From assembly GCA_964621915.1 (NCBI GenBank), contig CAZUPS010000009.1, forward strand, positions 14,200 through 78,199: DNA of 64,000 nt. Direction: 5' to 3'. Source of the DNA: an uncultured Desulfocapsa sp. (GTDB lineage Bacteria > Desulfobacterota > Desulfobulbia > Desulfobulbales > Desulfocapsaceae). Below the pieces are notes generated by a model that was given only the letters and a program-made list of their open reading frames with translations, searched no databases and had not been told where the DNA came from. Shown here one piece after another: positions 63,874-64,000 of the stretch (position 1 is its first letter; each line of letters opens with the position of its first letter). The position numbers and the translations under genes are program-made.

Positions 63874-64000
63874 TGAACTAAACCCGTTAACATTGAAAAA
63901 TCCCTTTCCGGCAACCCAAGGCCCATACCTTTACCAAAACGATAGCGAAGAGCTACAGCCATCTGCCACTGAGTAAAATCTGCGACATTATTAATTGAAG
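63870..64000 (-). CDS. 3-prime end of an unidentified gene running off the window
   Basis: The minus-strand frame is open from the window edge and reads ...NNVADFTQWQMAVALRYRFGKGMGLGLPERDFSMLTGLVQ-stop. Its TGA overlaps the ATG of the phosphatase gene (ATGA). It is absent from the ORF track because it is partial and short. Confidence 0.4.
   Translation of the reverse strand, partial: SINNVADFTQWQMAVALRYRFGKGMGLGLPERDFSMLTGLVQ

Noticed and set aside
1-64000. A search by eye for CRISPR arrays, tRNA/rRNA genes, transposases, integrases and phage genes
   Set aside because: I saw no regularly spaced repeats, no cloverleaf-like candidates in intergenic regions, and no ORFs with transposase, integrase or phage hallmarks. 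The only mobile-like signals are the AraC-relic repeats and the four-helix-bundle cassette reported above.

Overview
This is a chromosomal 64-kb window with about 60 protein-coding genes. I saw no rRNA, tRNA or CRISPR array by eye. The gene content suggests an anaerobic Desulfobacterota-like (deltaproteobacterial) genome: a periplasmic triheme c7-type cytochrome and other c-type cytochromes, hgcAB, a Bat/MoxR operon, and very dense PAS/GGDEF/histidine-kinase signalling. That taxonomic guess is inference only. From left to right the window holds: ompW; a thioredoxin-like lipoprotein / ccdA / 10-TM protein operon; transporters and an aminotransferase; a PAS-rich hybrid kinase; a divergent GGDEF / kinase pair that share one paralogous periplasmic sensor domain; sbcB; a c7-type cytochrome; a response-regulator nucleotidyl cyclase divergent from a K+ channel-PilZ pair; pdxH and housekeeping genes; a five-gene operon of two orphan periplasmic binding proteins, a TonB-dependent receptor and two kinases; a heme-c (DUF3365) GGDEF sensor; the mercury-methylation pair hgcAB at the tail of a livHMGF plus rhodanese/diiron-protein gene string; a decayed patch in which two copies of an AraC-type 5-prime relic flank a truncated symporter and a TGA-interrupted Sel1-repeat gene; several small secreted proteins; a moxR-DUF58-DUF4381-batABCD operon split by a four-helix-bundle (23S-IVS/Avd-like) gene cassette with inverted repeats; an arylsulfatase with a divergent LysR regulator; and a response-regulator PP2C phosphatase. 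All functional calls rest on motifs and family resemblance recognised by eye. None was verified by a database search.
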